A stretch of 63,944 bases of DNA, counting the filler, from Craspedostauros australis (lineage: Eukaryota): assembly GCA_030167865.1 (NCBI GenBank). It is 8 parts of 8 records of this genome, joined end to end, with 100 filler letters (N's around TTAATTAATTAA, not from the genome) between each part and the next. Parts side by side here need not be neighbours in the genome. Positions count along the whole stretch, not along the records: positions 9,270 to 27,249 come from JALAGF010004295.1; positions 27,350 to 34,551 come from JALAGF010004296.1; positions 34,652 to 51,947 come from JALAGF010004298.1; 5 more parts are not named here. The stretch is one strand, 5' to 3'. Positions within the stretch are counted from its first letter, which is position 1; each line of letters begins with the position of its first letter. Position numbers and translations under genes: made by a program. Shown here piece by piece: positions 23,477 to 37,900 of this stretch. The notes under the pieces are model-generated. The model had not been told where the DNA came from. It ran no database searches and was given only the letters and a program-made list of their open reading frames with translations.

Positions 23477-24601
23477 GGTTGATCGCTCAGATGTGGCACG
23501 GCACGTGTTGCTACTGCGTTGATGTTGGTGATGGTGATCTCTCGCAGGCGCAATCAAGATGGCTGCGTTCCGATTTATGAGCTGATGTCCGGATGTCACG
23601 TTCCGCCTGCGCTCCATCGTCGTGAACGCAGATCACCCCCAACACCAACTTCGCACATTCTTACTTCAGACTCGCAGCGTCCTTCATCGTTTCGGTCGTG
23701 TGCTGGTGGGCCATACCCACCCTTCGGACGCATTCCATTACAAGTTCCCATGTTTCTCTTTTCCATTCTTCGATCTGTTCGCTTTCAGGTTCTTGTCTCA
23801 TTGCGGTGCTTGACACATGTCTGTTCCGTTTGCCAGCAAGAGATGCCAAGGAGCATGAAGGGGGCTGTTGCACCCATCACCATCGACACCCATGACTCGT
23901 GCCACGCGACGCCCTGCCCCAACTTGCGGACACCCAAAGATTCAATCAGCAGAATCGCCGACCGCAACAGTGGGACGAATCAATGCGTTGGGATCAACAA
24001 GGTGCGATGCGATGAATGGCCAAGGAAGGCTGTGGCTGATCGTCGTCTGCCTGTTCATGGCACGGTTGCTTGCCTGCTCTGACTTGCGCAAACCGTGTGC
24101 CTCGCATGTGTCGTCAGAAACTTGTGTGATGATCGGGACAGATCGCAGTTCTCGTTTCGCTTCTCATTTCTCTTGTTTTGTGATGTGTTTGATGTCAATA
24201 ACAAGACTCCAATTCGTGACTGAATATTTCTAATCGAGCGGATCGAAGATTCTGTTGAATTCTGTTCGTTCGAGTTGTGAAGATCCGCGACAACACAACG
24301 CACTGCTCCAAACGGAACAAGGGTGTCAACATGCCAACGATGACAGCAAACGCCGATGGAATCACAATGGTGGCAAGAGCGCGAGAGTACGACCTACCCA
24401 TTGTGAACGACACAGAAGAAGACGGTGCTTGGCAGACAGCATCGGCATCATCCATCAAGGAAAACAAGCGAGAGACAGTCGTCCTTGGCTGATATAATAG
24501 CATTCTCCGATCCTCGACATCAGCAAGCATCGCCATCGCAGAAGACCGATCGAAATCCAGCAAAAATGAATCATTTGAATTCGCAAAGTCGGTGGATGCC
24601 G

Positions 24602-25490
24602 ATGCAGCTTTCATTCATCGTTGGTGCAATCCTTTTAAGTTGCGCATCGGGTTTCCATGTCCCATCGCAGTACAAGCACAGTCAGTGCCGACAAGTCCGA
24701 GGTTTCCGTGCCGCAACAGTCAAGCCATTCGCCGTCATCGCAGCGGTACGTTCTCATGCGTGGCATCGATCAGGTCTCGGCCATGCGATCACGTGGCGAT
24801 CATTCATGCATCCCTGCTGTCAAGCTACTATGCTTCGGTGGGCATGCGCGTTGCGTCGAATAACGTTCTGCTTTTGTCTATGCACCGTGCGCCGATCTGG
24901 ATGTTGCATTTGCTATTGCTGCAGATGCTGTTGATCATCTTTCTTTTGACTCATCGTTCAACCGTTTATTTGTGTACGTGCATCAACTTCGTGCGCACAA
25001 CAATGCAAAAAAACAAAACCACACAACCACGCCATTATCGTTGCTATGACAGGATACCCGACTCTTTGGACAGAAGATGAACCCGGCCGAGAAGTATTTC
25101 CAACTGGAGGAGCTGGAGGATGCAGAAACGGCGACGACCGAAGTGTTCTTGCATACGGATCAGACAGTGTCCGTGGGTGAGACGGATGGTCCGTTGCACA
25201 TCCAAGCATCGGGAACATGGTCGCGATTGGACAATGGCGGACTGTCCATGACGCTCAGCAGGACGTTCCGGGCTGGAACCGAAAAGGAGGATTTCACCGC
25301 CATCGGCGAGTTCGAGTTCACCGTGGAACGCCAGTTTACCGGCGAAATGACGATGGTGGGTGGCAAGGTTGCCGTGTCGGGAGCTGTGGTGGCCATCGAT
25401 GAGGTGCTGGGAGACAAGGAGGTTGGATTCTTCAACATGATCGACACCACGGATGAACGTGGCGATGCTGCTGCAGCCCCGCCTCTGTGA
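24602..25490 (+). CDS. Plastid-targeted hypothetical protein (193 aa); exons 24602-24745 and 25053-25490
   Basis: Signal peptide ending ASG-F (ASAFAP-like) followed by a transit-like peptide. The GTACG...CAG phase-0 intron joins in frame to the acidic, beta-strand-like YFQLEELED... domain. Confidence 0.75.
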
Positions 25491-27093
25491 TCGGCGCAGA
25501 TAATTGGCGGATGAATGTTTGGAACGCTGTTGCTCTGTTCAGAATCAGTCATTGGACGGAATCTCTGACGACGGAGCATGTCGCGACCGCATTCTCTACT
25601 CTGGAGAATAGATGGAGAGAACGCCAGAGAGGGAGTTGGATCGATGGATCCATCGCAGGCTTTGCTCACTCTGCGAAACTCCACACTCGCAATTTATGGC
25701 CACAATCTCTGGTAAAGCATGCGGAGAGTGCTGCTCATAGCTCGTACTCGTGCAAGCACTCAAGTAAGTACCAATAACATCATTGCTGCTACCGCAAAAG
25801 GAAAGACGTAGCAGATCGCATACGAGCGGTTTCATCTTTTACTCATGCTTCGTGAGAGTGGAACGAGTATGCATAATTGCGCATGCTGTACAGGCTTGCA
25901 TAATCTAACAGAGGAGAACACTTGGGGCTCCAACCATCTTGTCGTTGCTCTAAGGAACAACACCATCGAACACGCCATTGGGCCTCCCCCGCAGGTACTA
26001 TGACAATGGCCTTCTCGCGGCACCCCTGTTGCGGCGTGTCGTTTATTCGTTCTGCCCGTCGGAGTCGTTGATCCCGTCGGGCATGCTCGTCGCTCCTTGT
26101 GGCGCATCATGGATACAGGTGAGGTCGACCCAGGAAGAATCAATACCGATTCCAGGTCAAGAAGGAGCACGACATGTTCATCTCCGCGCTTTGCCCGAAA
26201 TAGATGGTTGGACTTCCCTTTTCTCTCTTTCTGGCCATCTGCAGCTGTGGACACAGGCTTAGCTCGTGCTGGTTCCGCTTCAGCGGCATCTAAGTACCCG
26301 TGCAGTCACCCCTTGATCACCAAGAGTGGAGCCGCTATTCCGCACTCCGTTCATGACCGTAGTGGTTCCATTTCATCCTTTCTCTTGGTGGCATAGTGGC
26401 TTCGTCTCTGCTGTCCGAGATGTGACCACCTGCTTCACACCACGTGGCATAGATGTTGGGATAGCGTCAAGACAGCATCCAATGTTGGTGAGCCCCAAGA
26501 TCGCTGCCCGCAAGGAGGATCTGTACTCTCACTCTCTCTCTCTCTCTCTTTCCCCAGAGATCCGTTGCTCTCCCACACCAATTGCCTGTCTGGTTGATGC
26601 GTCACTCCAGAGAGCAGATAGATCGTACGTTGTTGATGTTGATGCAGATACCACGCGCGTGCTGGATGCAAACGTCGAACTCGTATCGCATGCGCGTTCA
26701 ACAGGTCCAATTCACATTCTGCCTCCGATAGGTGCAGATACCACGGATACCATTGGTGGGGGGTTGCGTGTGGGTGCTGGAGTGCGTAGGTACGTCCTCG
26801 TACCATTCATGGCTCACACTCCAGTGGCGGAGCATGGCAGAGTGGTCAACATGCCTCCGTGGATGTCTCACTGGATCTCGACATCACTGTTTGTTCTGAA
26901 GAAAGGAGCTTATTTGTCGTGTCCGGTGACCAATGAGCCCACACGAATAGCTGTGATACCGACACAACTGCGCGCAGGTAGGTAGGGCCACCTCTCGTCA
27001 CTAATCTCAAAAGTATCGACGCGATGAGTTGAAGTTCATCTAAAGAACGGACTACTTTTCACTCAGTGTGTTCCTTGTCGCACCTTGAAATTA

Positions 27094-27119
27094 TTTTGGC
27101 GCGAAATTTTGGCGCGAAA
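27094..27119 (+). promoter_or_regulatory. Tandem E2F-like motifs (TTTTGGCGCGAAA x2)
   Basis: Exact 13-bp direct repeat matching the TTTSSCGC consensus, about 130 nt before the contig end. Confidence 0.45.
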
Positions 27120-27249
27120 CCTCCCACCAACAAATACGGAACAATCGCTCTTTTCCCTCCTTCTTCCACACTCATTCATGAATCACCACTGACTCAAACA
27201 CTATCCGAAGTCAATGGGATCAAGATACCCTGGGAACTATGTGCTCTCC

Positions 27250-27349
27250 NNNNNNNNNNNNNNNNNNNNNNNNNNNNNNNNNNNNNNNNNNNNTTAATTA
27301 ATTAANNNNNNNNNNNNNNNNNNNNNNNNNNNNNNNNNNNNNNNNNNNN
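27250..27349. other. Artificial contig linker
   Basis: N44-TTAATTAATTAA-N44. Confidence 0.98.
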
Positions 27350-30300
27350 CCCCTGCGTTCCCATTCCTCGCGGTTGGCGATGGCGTAGTTCAAGTATTCA
27401 TCGCTGGACTTGCCGAACACGCCGCATTCCTTCAGCTTCTTCGCCAACGGGATGATGTAGAAGTCGAAGAAGCCCATCTCTCCTTTGTACCAGCCGTCGG
27501 CCGGGTTCGTTTCAGATCTGCCGCTGCGGTAGGCCGCGTAGCATTCCTTGAAGAAGCGCTCGTTCCACTTGCGGTACACGTGCCAGTGCTGCATTGTGTG
27601 AGCAACGTCCGAGGCTTGAATCAAGTGCTCGATGACGATGGTCGCCTTGCGGTCGGTGGCGTCCTTGGTGGATTCGTCGAAAGTGTTGTCCGAGAAGGCC
27701 TTGTCCCAGCGGCCGTTCCTCAGCTGCTTCAGATCCTTGTCCACGATGTCTGTCGCCATGACTCCGTTGACAACGAGCTGTCGGAAGCGCTGCAGATCTT
27801 GTTCGTTGCCGCAAAGGCAGTTGCGGAAGTCGGCGTACTGGTCGGATGTGAACAAATCCCAAGCCAGGACCAAAGAGTTCTGTTCGGCAACGGATCGGTT
27901 GTCGTAGATGGCCGCAACGCGCGTCTTTTCCTTGATCAGTTGGGCATTCGGGACGCCTGGATGATCGACGTCATGAATCATGGCGGAGAATGCGCATGCG
28001 AACTGCGTCAGCGGATCCGACGTGATGCCGTAGGTGTGGTCGTGCAGCGATGCAGCCACGTGCTTTGCGCTCATGTTGCCGCTGATGGCGCTGCTTTTAC
28101 CACTGGCGATGCTGTTGCCGCTGCTAACAGGGACTGCTGCGTTGCCTTTGTCGGCGAAGTCGAGATCGGACGGGGCGACGATGCGGGCAAGCAGCTTGAT
28201 GACGGACATGGTCACGTGCGATGCGTGCTCGAAGTTGTGAAAGGGATTGTCCTGGTACATGGCCGCAATGGCCTCCACGAAGGATCGCAGCTGGTCGACA
28301 ACTCTCTGGTCGATGGCTGGAGCGGCACCCTTGGCCGATGCCGAGCCGTGGGCGGCCTTCTGATTGAATTCTGGAAGATGGACGATCTCGCAGACTTCAT
28401 CCAGCGGAATGAATATAGCCGGCTGAATCTGCGAGCCTTCGTCCGCCTTCTTTCTTGAAATGGCAGGTGCTTGGGGGCCGACTGCTTGTCTGTGAGCGAC
28501 GACTTGTTGCAGGATCTGGGTGAGCATCACCACATTCCAATCCACCAGCCGCAGCTGTTTTTCATCCAGGCCGCTGGATTTAACTCGTTGCTGGATGCCG
28601 AGCAAGGAAAGGTCTTCTGCATTGTCCAATGAATCGTGGGCATCATCCATGTCACTGCTGCAGCTACCAGTCACGGAACCGTTTTTGGGACGCGAAAGGG
28701 AGCGAGCAATCCAGTATCTGAGAGATATACGTATGTAGCGAGAGTGTGATTGAGAGAAGAGATGATCCCGATGCACAGTGTGAAATTTTAGCATGTGTCG
28801 ATGGATGGATGGATTGATGGATAGATAGATGAATGGGTGAGATTGGAAAGGGGTGCGAGAGTCTCCCGCGATGGGGAGGCGAAATGAACGTGCGAATTTC
28901 AGTATCAGGATCAGTATCAGAAGCATATACGATGTGCGATAGAATATGACAGTGCGTTGCTGGTAATCTGCTGCACCCTCAAAGTTCTCGAGCGAACTCA
29001 AGGCAGTCACAGTAGTAGCGCACGAACTCACGTTTGCATATCGCCCTTGCCTTTGGCGTATACCTTCTCCTCTCGTTTCACCAGCCAGTATCCTTTGCCG
29101 CACCGACGCACGCATTCCGCCGTTTCTCTCGATACATGGATGCGGCCAATCTCGCCGGTGTTTTCGATGCGAGATGCGGTGTTCATGGTGTCGCCAAACA
29201 GCTGAAATCGTGCACGTTCCCCGCGCAGCACTCCGGCCGTGACCGGTCCTGAGTGCATGCCGATGCGCAGGGAGAGATCGGCTGTGTCCGGACCGTGCGT
29301 GATTTCCAACCCCTTCACAAGGACATCCATCCGCTTGAGGATATCATGTGCGAAACGGACCATGATGGTGGCGTGATCCTTCTTTGGTTCCGGAATACCG
29401 GTGGCGGCCACGTAACAGTCCCCAACAGTCTCAACCTTGAACACTCGCCTGGCTTTGGCGATTTGATCAAACTGAGAGAAAACGGTTTCGAGCAATGAGA
29501 AGACTTGCGTCGGCTCTTTTGTAGTTGAAGTTTGATGTTGATTTTGTGTGTACGGGCATGATGATGATGACGATGGTGGTGATGACGATGGTGGTGATGA
29601 TGATGATGGAATGAATGCGAAGGTTAGTGAAAGGATAGATCGCCTCAGTTGAAGTGTTGCATACAAAATGACCACAATCCCTTCGTCACGGTTGTTGTTC
29701 CCATGTGCTGCCACACTCACCTCGAACTGAACTCCACGCAGTAAAGCCGGAAATATCAGCAAATAGGACCGTCGTCTCGAGGAACAGGTCGGCCAACGGC
29801 TGCCCCGCTCCTGCGTTTGCATCCGCCTCTCCATGCAAGAAGCTCTTGAGGTTGGAGATGCGTATGTTCGCTGTGTCGCCGTGCGTATTCTTGTCGGAAA
29901 TGAGCCGGTCTCGAATAGCACTGGGGAAGAGCGTTGACACGATGACATTGGAGCGCGCGGCATTCTCGATGAGCTTCTCGTTGCGGTGGTTGACAAACAT
30001 GTCGTAGACGAAGAAGATCGCAATCACCGCGACGAATGCGCAGAAGATGACGATCGCGAATATTTCGGGGAGGAAGGTGTCGTACGCCTCCTCGAATTGC
30101 CTGGATGGGTAGATATGCATCGTGTAGATGCAATGCCCGGGCGTCTTGGCGAAGTCCGGATGATCGGACGTTGTGAGCAGGCGCACCTTCTCGTATTTGT
30201 CGTACTTCGTATCATGTGTGTCGACTGGTACAATAGTAGTTTGTTCGATTTGGTCGATTTAGTGAGGTCGTCAGCAGAGAGTAGATACCGGCATGAATGC

Positions 30301-32481
30301 ATGGGGAGAGATTACATTTCGAATGGACGGATGGATGGAGTTGAGCAGATATAGTACGCACAAGCACATGATGCAAGTAGATAGTACATTGAGGTGAGCA
30401 AAGCAGGCTACCAGGTACGCGAATCAAGCATACGCAAATGAAGCCGGCCGAAGAGATTGATTTCAACGTGTAAAGACACCAGCTGAAACACCAGCGATTT
30501 GATGTTCGCACTTACCGTATCCCTGGAAGTAGGCATACTCTCCATGAATCTCGTATGTGAACGTTTGGTTGCAGGTGTTGGAAATCACGGCTGTGATTCC
30601 CTGCACGTTATTGGGCAGCAGCTGGTTCAAGGCAGTGTCCCATGCTGTTACACCAATCAAAATACCGACGATTTCGGAGTCTGGATCCGAAGCGACCTCG
30701 TGCACTGGGTGATAGGCGAAGGTGTGCGGGTGGCTGACCTTGGAACCGGGCAATCTGGCGTGCATCGCTTCATGCTCTTCCTTCTTAAATGCGAAGCTGT
30801 TGAATGTGCCCGCAAAATGGAACAGAGTTTCAGTTCTCAGCTCAACCAGACTGCGCCCCACCAGGGGAGTCCCGAGGTATTCTGCGGACATCACATTCCA
30901 GTTGAGGAAGCTGAAATCGAATGGTGCCGGCGCATACTCCCAGAGCACGTACTTACGTTCTCGTCCAGGGTAATCCGGCACGAAACCGCCCGCAGAGCGG
31001 TCGACCTTGGCCACGTAGGGATGAAAGTTTGCCGGGGTGAAGTCGTCGAGGTTGCCATTCTCTTCGAGGTTGGCATTCATCACGACGGCACCATGGTCCT
31101 TGATGCTATGCTCCACCCAGGCATCGTATGTTTCGTTTTTTACCATGTGAAGCAGAGTCACAATCTCTGTGCCGGAGTACTCCAGGACCGTTTCTGCGGT
31201 TGTTCGGAAGAACGGGATGGTGACGTCCGGCCAACTTGCGTTTGTGCTCACGACGTAGTTCGACACGTGGTTAGCAAGACCAATGTAGGCATGCCGGAGG
31301 TTGAGCTGTTGGTCAACAGCGGCATCTCCAACAGTTCTAGCGAATTGCTCAAACTGGTGTATGGATTGTATGGAATGTATGGAATGTATCGATACGTGGC
31401 CGTATGGAGGTGTGAATTGTATGGGGCATTGGAGATTGTGTTTGGCCGAGTAGTGAGAGACGGAGAGTGAACGAGTGTTAGAACGCGAAGGAGATGCGCT
31501 ATCCAGGCAGAGGTTGGAGGAGATCCATGAGCTCGTGGGTGCTAAGAGCAAGTGTCCGTACACAATAGAGTATCGTAGAGCCCTACTGAGTACCATCCGA
31601 GCCGAGTGGGAAGGACAATTGAACGGAGCGGTATCATTATGATGATGCAGTGCTGTGCGCTAGGTATTCTGCGATACAAGTGTTGGCCTCTTTTGCTGCC
31701 GCCAGATACGACACACTTACCGCTGTCTCGAAGGTGTCTGTTTGTTGTTGATCGAGGAACTGATTGAGAGGTGACGGAAGCAAGAAAGGCAACCAAATGT
31801 GCAGAAGGACGAAGGCAAGGAAGATCAGGGCAAGAAAATCGCAATCGCAACAGGCTCGTACGAGTGGTATGGTTCGAGAAGGGAGAGGCAAGACGTGAGA
31901 TGAAATCGTACCGTGCAGATGATATGAGCAGAGCGGTAGAGATATGGAGGGTGTTCGGATGGGCAACGCTGATATGTGAGCACCATAGTCGCACACTCGC
32001 CGTCAAACCAATATTGGATGTGTGAAGGATGCTTCGCTGGTAGAGACAGACCCACTGCCATCTCCTCCCTTGCCTTGTTGCTCATCCCTTCACTGCATCA
32101 GATCGGAACTGCACTCACGTGGTATGTCGCCCAAGTGACAGTGACTCCAGTTGCGAGCAATGCTGCTGTTGTCACGAGACGCCACAAGCGGACCTGGAAC
32201 GTATCCTTTCGTGCAACATTGCGAACGGCCTGCATTTCATCGTCGTTGCTGTCGGCGGTGGTGCTGAATTCAGGATGACTTTCGTGATCACCGAACATGG
32301 TGGTTCCGTTACCAGTGCTCGAGGTGGCTGGGAAACCCCTGGCACTGCTGCTGCTGCTGCTGCTGTTGCTGCCATCATCACCCGAGTAGTCGATGGCGTC
32401 GCTGCGTGACACGGTCTTGAGCGATTTGTCCAGCTGCCCATCGCGGGGCAACCCGGCGTTGTTGCTTGGAGCTGGAGACAT
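27350..32481 (-). CDS. Second (redundant) copy of the GC-PDE gene, 3'-truncated by the contig end
   Basis: Same exons mirrored; the last ~20 codons are cut off by the linker. Confidence 0.9.
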
Positions 32482-32583
32482 GGTCAGTAGTCCGTGCGTG
32501 TGGGTGTGGGTGTGGGTACGAATACGACCTTAGTGTTGACTAGCTCCCCGGGAGGATCAGTGATTTTTTGTGAGGAAGAGCTA
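27350..32583 (-). repeat. Reverse-complement copy of 9270-14503
   Basis: Every ORF in the track is mirrored with an identical translation (coordinate sum 41853), including intronic ORFs. Confidence 0.95.
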
Positions 32584-34551
32584 TTTGGCGGATCATGATG
32601 CTTCGACTTGCGCAGTTGGAACGCTCGCGTTTCGGTACAGGATTGGTGATGTCCAACGCCTGTTTCTCGTTTGCGCTCTGGTGCCTGATGACATCATTGT
32701 TCGTATGTACGAGCTATGCAGCTCGTGCTCGTTCCTTGCATGGCTATGTTGCATTGTTGCACCTTGCACCTTGCACCGCAAGGATCGGGCCGCGCAGATC
32801 CCAGACAGCTTCCTCCTATCGTTCATCCGCTTTCGCAAATGATGCGACGCATGACGTGGCGATATCGTTTGGGTGACCTTGTGTCCATGTTCCCCAGTGG
32901 GCGGGCCAAAACACCCGAATCAATCGCTTGTCCGGCTACAGAATTTGTGAAGTGTGAATTGGCATCAACCGCCGCTCCAACATGGGTACAGTCATTGTTT
33001 GATGGACTGGAGTCATCCAAACAACGAAAATGGGTCACGATCAGCGCTTAACAAGGGCGTCGACATTGCAGTCGCCACGCGTCGTCGTGCATCCTCACTT
33101 TGGAATTATCCTCACCAACACGCGAGCGTGTGTGGCTTCCGTACCCCACACACAAGAAGGTCCATCACCACGGTCCAGCAAACTCATCCGTGTCAAATCA
33201 TCCACGCAAGGGGCTTCCGGTGAGGCGTTTGCGGAGACCGGCACAAAACGGAGGACTCAAAGCTACTCCCCTATACTCCACTCAGCTCCACGATCTGTTC
33301 GAAATCGCGTTGCTCCTCGCACAGAGGCGAGGCGGCGCAGATCGAATTTCCCAATCCCGGATTTTCCACAACAACAATTCGGAGCCACCACACAGCCTGT
33401 ATCCATCCTCTCAAATGCGCACGCCCGTTCTCGCACCCACGCCAGCGCCCGTGGCAATTTCTCTTTTGCGATGTCAGCAGCAGTTCACTACGACTACGTG
33501 TATGGTATGTACAGCAACGGTGATGTGCGACGCAAGCCACCAGTACCGCTGCCACCGTGAACAACGACGCCACTGTTCTGTTACGTGTGCTACAACGAAT
33601 ACAAAGAGTTGCTCCAACATGAAAAGTATTATACTTTTTCAACAGATCCAGTGAGAAAACAAGATGCAACACCAAAGCCGACTTGTTTCTGATCCGCCAG
33701 CAAAAGGTTTTTTGGACATGTTTGCCACAAGTGTGATGATAAAATCATGAACAGATAAGCCTCAACATCGAGATTGGAGAACGTTGGAAGTTGAACAAGA
33801 CCGCCTTCACGCTTCGTCGTGCGCAGTCAAACCCTCCTAGTGGCACGAGCCAATTACGCCTATGGTGGTGTCGACGCTGCTGCATAGTCCGATTCAGCTC
33901 CTCGCGCTCAATTTAACGCCATATTAACCATCAATAACGTCTTCTTCTCTGCGCAGTGAACGCGGCAAAATAGAATATATTCTATCTTAAATGATGATCT
34001 CAGTTAGGATTCGGGCGTTGACGTCGCGAATCGGTGGAGAATGCCTCGTGAATCTGCTGGCTTCGGGATAGCTGTGTGATGCAGTTCAAGAGAGGTGTAC
34101 TGGTAGAAGAGTTATAACTGTAACGATGAGTAGTAGAGTGCTTTGTAGCTAATCCTTGTCTGTTATTATGAGTTAGCTTGTTGGTGTTAGTAGGGTGAAG
34201 AAACGATGCCACACAACTTGGCGAGACCCTGCACTGATGCACTTGATTCAGTGCAACAGAATATACAATCAATACAGTATCTTGCTCTCCGCACATGTAG
34301 TTACACTGCAGTGTAGGTCATGGCAATCAGTGGTGACGGTCATGAAGCAGTGGCTGTGGCTGAAGCTGACCCTCGGATTCCATTGCTTGAGTTGAAGCAA
34401 GTTGGATACGCATGTTGAGACCACGGTGGTAGTGTGGTAGTCATCAGCATGAAGGAATCAAGGTATATTGTAGTAAGGAGGATCTGAAGAGCATATAGTT
34501 CCCAAGTGGGTGTGAGTCAGGTCGGTCAGGTTTGAGTCATGATGGATTCGT

Positions 34552-34651
34552 NNNNNNNNNNNNNNNNNNNNNNNNNNNNNNNNNNNNNNNNNNNNTTAAT
34601 TAATTAANNNNNNNNNNNNNNNNNNNNNNNNNNNNNNNNNNNNNNNNNNNN
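34552..34651. other. Artificial contig linker
   Basis: N44-TTAATTAATTAA-N44. Confidence 0.98.
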
Positions 34652-34736
34652 GAGTGACCATGAAAGGAGTCACTTTTTGTGTGATGTTCCAAGGAGGATG
34701 ACAACAGGCTTTGACGCAATCCCCTCCTTCATCATT

Positions 34737-34778
34737 CATCCATCCATCCATCCATCCATCCATCCATCCATCCATCCA
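34737..34778 (+). repeat. (CATC)n microsatellite; mirrored at ~57122-57163
   Basis: About 10 CATC units upstream of the 1709-aa ORF. Confidence 0.9.
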
Positions 34779-34953
34779 TTTGTCATTGAGAGCATCAATT
34801 GCATTCCCATAATCATCAAGCACAGACTTTAACAACACTCATCTGCAGGCAACGCTCCTTCATTGTGAACACAAGCACTATAACAGCAAATAGAGATACT
34901 CACACAAGTACCGATAGAGAGCCCCCATCCTATCACTTTTCCACAGCATCACC

Positions 34954-37900
34954 ATGTCACGAAGCAGCCGAAAGACCGACAGCAGGCACCGCTCTTCCAG
35001 CACCAGCATCCGCAAGGACTCTGCTCAGCATCGTGCAAGTCGAAGTGACGACATCGAAGTCAAAACTAGAAGCAAGGCAATGAGTAAGACGAGCAGCAGG
35101 AGCCGCAGCCGCAGCAACAACAAGCTGAAGAGGCTTCTGTCCTCACCATCGGAGAAGAAGAAGGCGCCGCGTTCGGCCCGCAAGTCCGTGAAGCAAACAT
35201 TTCTGTTCAATTCACGCAGCCCTGCTGGTGGAAAGCGACGGAGCAAATCAAGAAGTGGAATGAGAGATTCTTCTTCTCGCAGCAAGTTGTGCTCTCGTCC
35301 ATCCATTTTGGCAAACGCAAGTGGAGGTGATGGCAAGCGCACTCACCACGCTGCTGATGTGGCAAGGATCAGCGGCCGTCACAAGCGGGATGATGACATG
35401 AAGAACGTCTCGCACAAGATTGATCACGGAAAACGAAAGAGCGAAAAGAGGAGGAAGCTGGACCGGATCATCAACATCAGCATCAACAGCGACGGCGATA
35501 GCAACAGTGATGGCGATGGCGATAGCGACACCAGTGTGAGCTGCGCGGAGGGAGAGACACGCCAGACCGTACGAAGATACCGCCAATCCAAAGTGACACT
35601 GAAGAAATCTCCAATCCGCACGAGCATCCGCACCAGCAAAAAGAGTGCTAACGCAGACGAAAGGAACAAGATGAAGCAGATCCAGAGAAGCTCATACGCA
35701 TCAAACAAACAGCACCAGAAGCAACAACAGCACCCGCAGCCGAAGAAGAAGAAGAAGACTAAGCAGAAGACGATTGTGCTAAGAGTTTCGCTATGCTCCA
35801 GCAGCGACGAATCCAGTGCAGAATCATCTGCCGACGTGTGCGTCCCACCATCTTCGCCTTCGTCAGATTCTTCTGCGCAGCTATCAGAGCAGTTATCAGC
35901 ACGAAATCCGGAGCGCTCTGATTCAGAATCGAAGACTGGAATGCCAAGTGATCATGGCAGTTCATCGTCAGACTCTGAGGACTATCCCTTCTCCTTGTCC
36001 CAACTTCACAGCAATTCATTCGATGGATCAGACAACGATAATGAAGAAGAAGAATCGCCAGCACCATCCCCAACCTCAACGAAGTTGCACACCCACTGTT
36101 CGGAGAAGAAGAAGAAGAAGAAGAAGAAGAAGAAGAAGAGATTCTCACTGTCGAGGAGGCATGGGCATGATCACGGCAAGTTCGCCAAGTCCTCTTCTCT
36201 TTCGTCATCGGAAAGTGAGGATACTGTGATGGAACGGAGACTTGCAAGGCAGCAGAGACGCCAACTACAAGCCCAAGTGCAACAGCAACAACAGCGAAAG
36301 GAACACAAGGCGGATACCAAAGAGCATGCCCATGGATGCGACATTGCCGATGAAGACTTGGAGATTCCATACCGCATGAAATGGTCAGACATGGATGACG
36401 ATGAAGGTGAAGATGAAGATGATATTGATGGTGGTCGTGACCGTGGTCATGGCCATCGCCGAGGCAAGAAGTATGCCAGACACAAGCGCAAAGGCGCGCA
36501 CACAAGTAAACACCAACACAAGCGAAAGAGCGAGCACAACGACGGCGAAACGAAGCAGAAGAAGACACAAAGCATCAAGAAGGCAGCCAGCACCGCCAGC
36601 ACCACCAGCAACTTGTCGACTCCAAATAATCGCCACAGCAAACACAGCAACCGCGAGAAGGAAGACAGACAAGCGCCAACAACCCGCAACCGCAGCACCA
36701 ACCGCAGTCACAACCGCAGTCACAACGACAATCGCTGTCCAAACGAAAGCGACAGCCAAGCCAGCAGCGCCAACAACGCCAGCAACACGACCAGCAGCAG
36801 CACGGATACCAGCAGCGAAGATGAAACTGGCTGGTCACCATCCCAGATTGTGCAAGTGGGTCCAACCGGATCCAACCGACTCAGACACAAACAGTATGGC
36901 AGGGAACCGTTGCGACCAGGAGACATCGTCGAGTACACGCATCCACTGTTCGTCCTTGGCAGTGCACAAGGCCATCGCATCGCCATGGTAATGAGCGTGA
37001 AGGATCATGACGACAGCAAACCCACTGGTACTCGCAAATCGAATGTGGGGAGACGGCAGAATGATGTGCCACGATCACCAAGTCAGCTTCCACCCAAGAA
37101 GCAGATCCTGAACGATCAGAGGAGCTCAGCTGGTGCGCCTTCGGGCACGGACACTGACAGCATGCAGGAAAGTCCATCGTTGTGCCGATATCCCTTGGCT
37201 CTCAACAACGGCGATACAATCCCACGAGATACATCCATCCGACGCATCTACGAGTACGATGCCAAACTACGCGACTGGCTGCATCATTTGGGCGGCATGT
37301 ACAAACCGCTGGGATGGTACTCGCTGAGATCGGGAAGTCTGCTGTTGGATAGCACGGCCCACACTTCCGCTGGCATCGACCAAAAGGTGAAGCAGTTGCG
37401 GGCCATCAAAGACAAGGTGATGGGGGAAGCGTGGAGCAAATTGAACGCCGGTGAATTCGATCATCCTTGCGGCCATGAGAATGTGGCGGTGACAGCAGGA
37501 GGAGATGGTGGTGTGAATGAAAAGAAGTGTGATCATGGTGTTGATGGCGACGCTGGTCGTGCACCAAAGAGCGATGTTGCTGACGCCAACAAGGCGGCGG
37601 TACGTGACACAATCGAACAGAGAGATGAAACCACGAATGAACACGAAAACCCAAACGGAAAAGGAAAAGGAAAAGAAGCCAACGATGACGGTGGTGATGA
37701 TGGTGACGATGGTGATGTGATAATGATCGATGGCGATGATGGTAGTGATGGTAGTGATGATGGTAGTGATGGCGACCAACGAAGCATTCTGCAGGCTGCA
37801 GAAGCAACCACGACAACAAAGACCGATGCACACTCCGAACATTCGCACCCATTGGATGACAGCAGCAGCAGCAGCAGCAGCAGTGAGGACGAGTCGCTTC

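Noticed and set aside
25830..27000. Several 90-220 aa ORFs on both strands
   Set aside because: No motif or coding-like composition; one spans a (CT)n microsatellite.
27350..32481. Second GC-PDE as a true inverted paralog
   Set aside because: Identity across introns and termination at contig ends point to assembly redundancy.
33990..34551. TG/CA-rich noncoding stretch, possible transposon relic
   Set aside because: No termini, TSD or coding remnant identifiable by eye.
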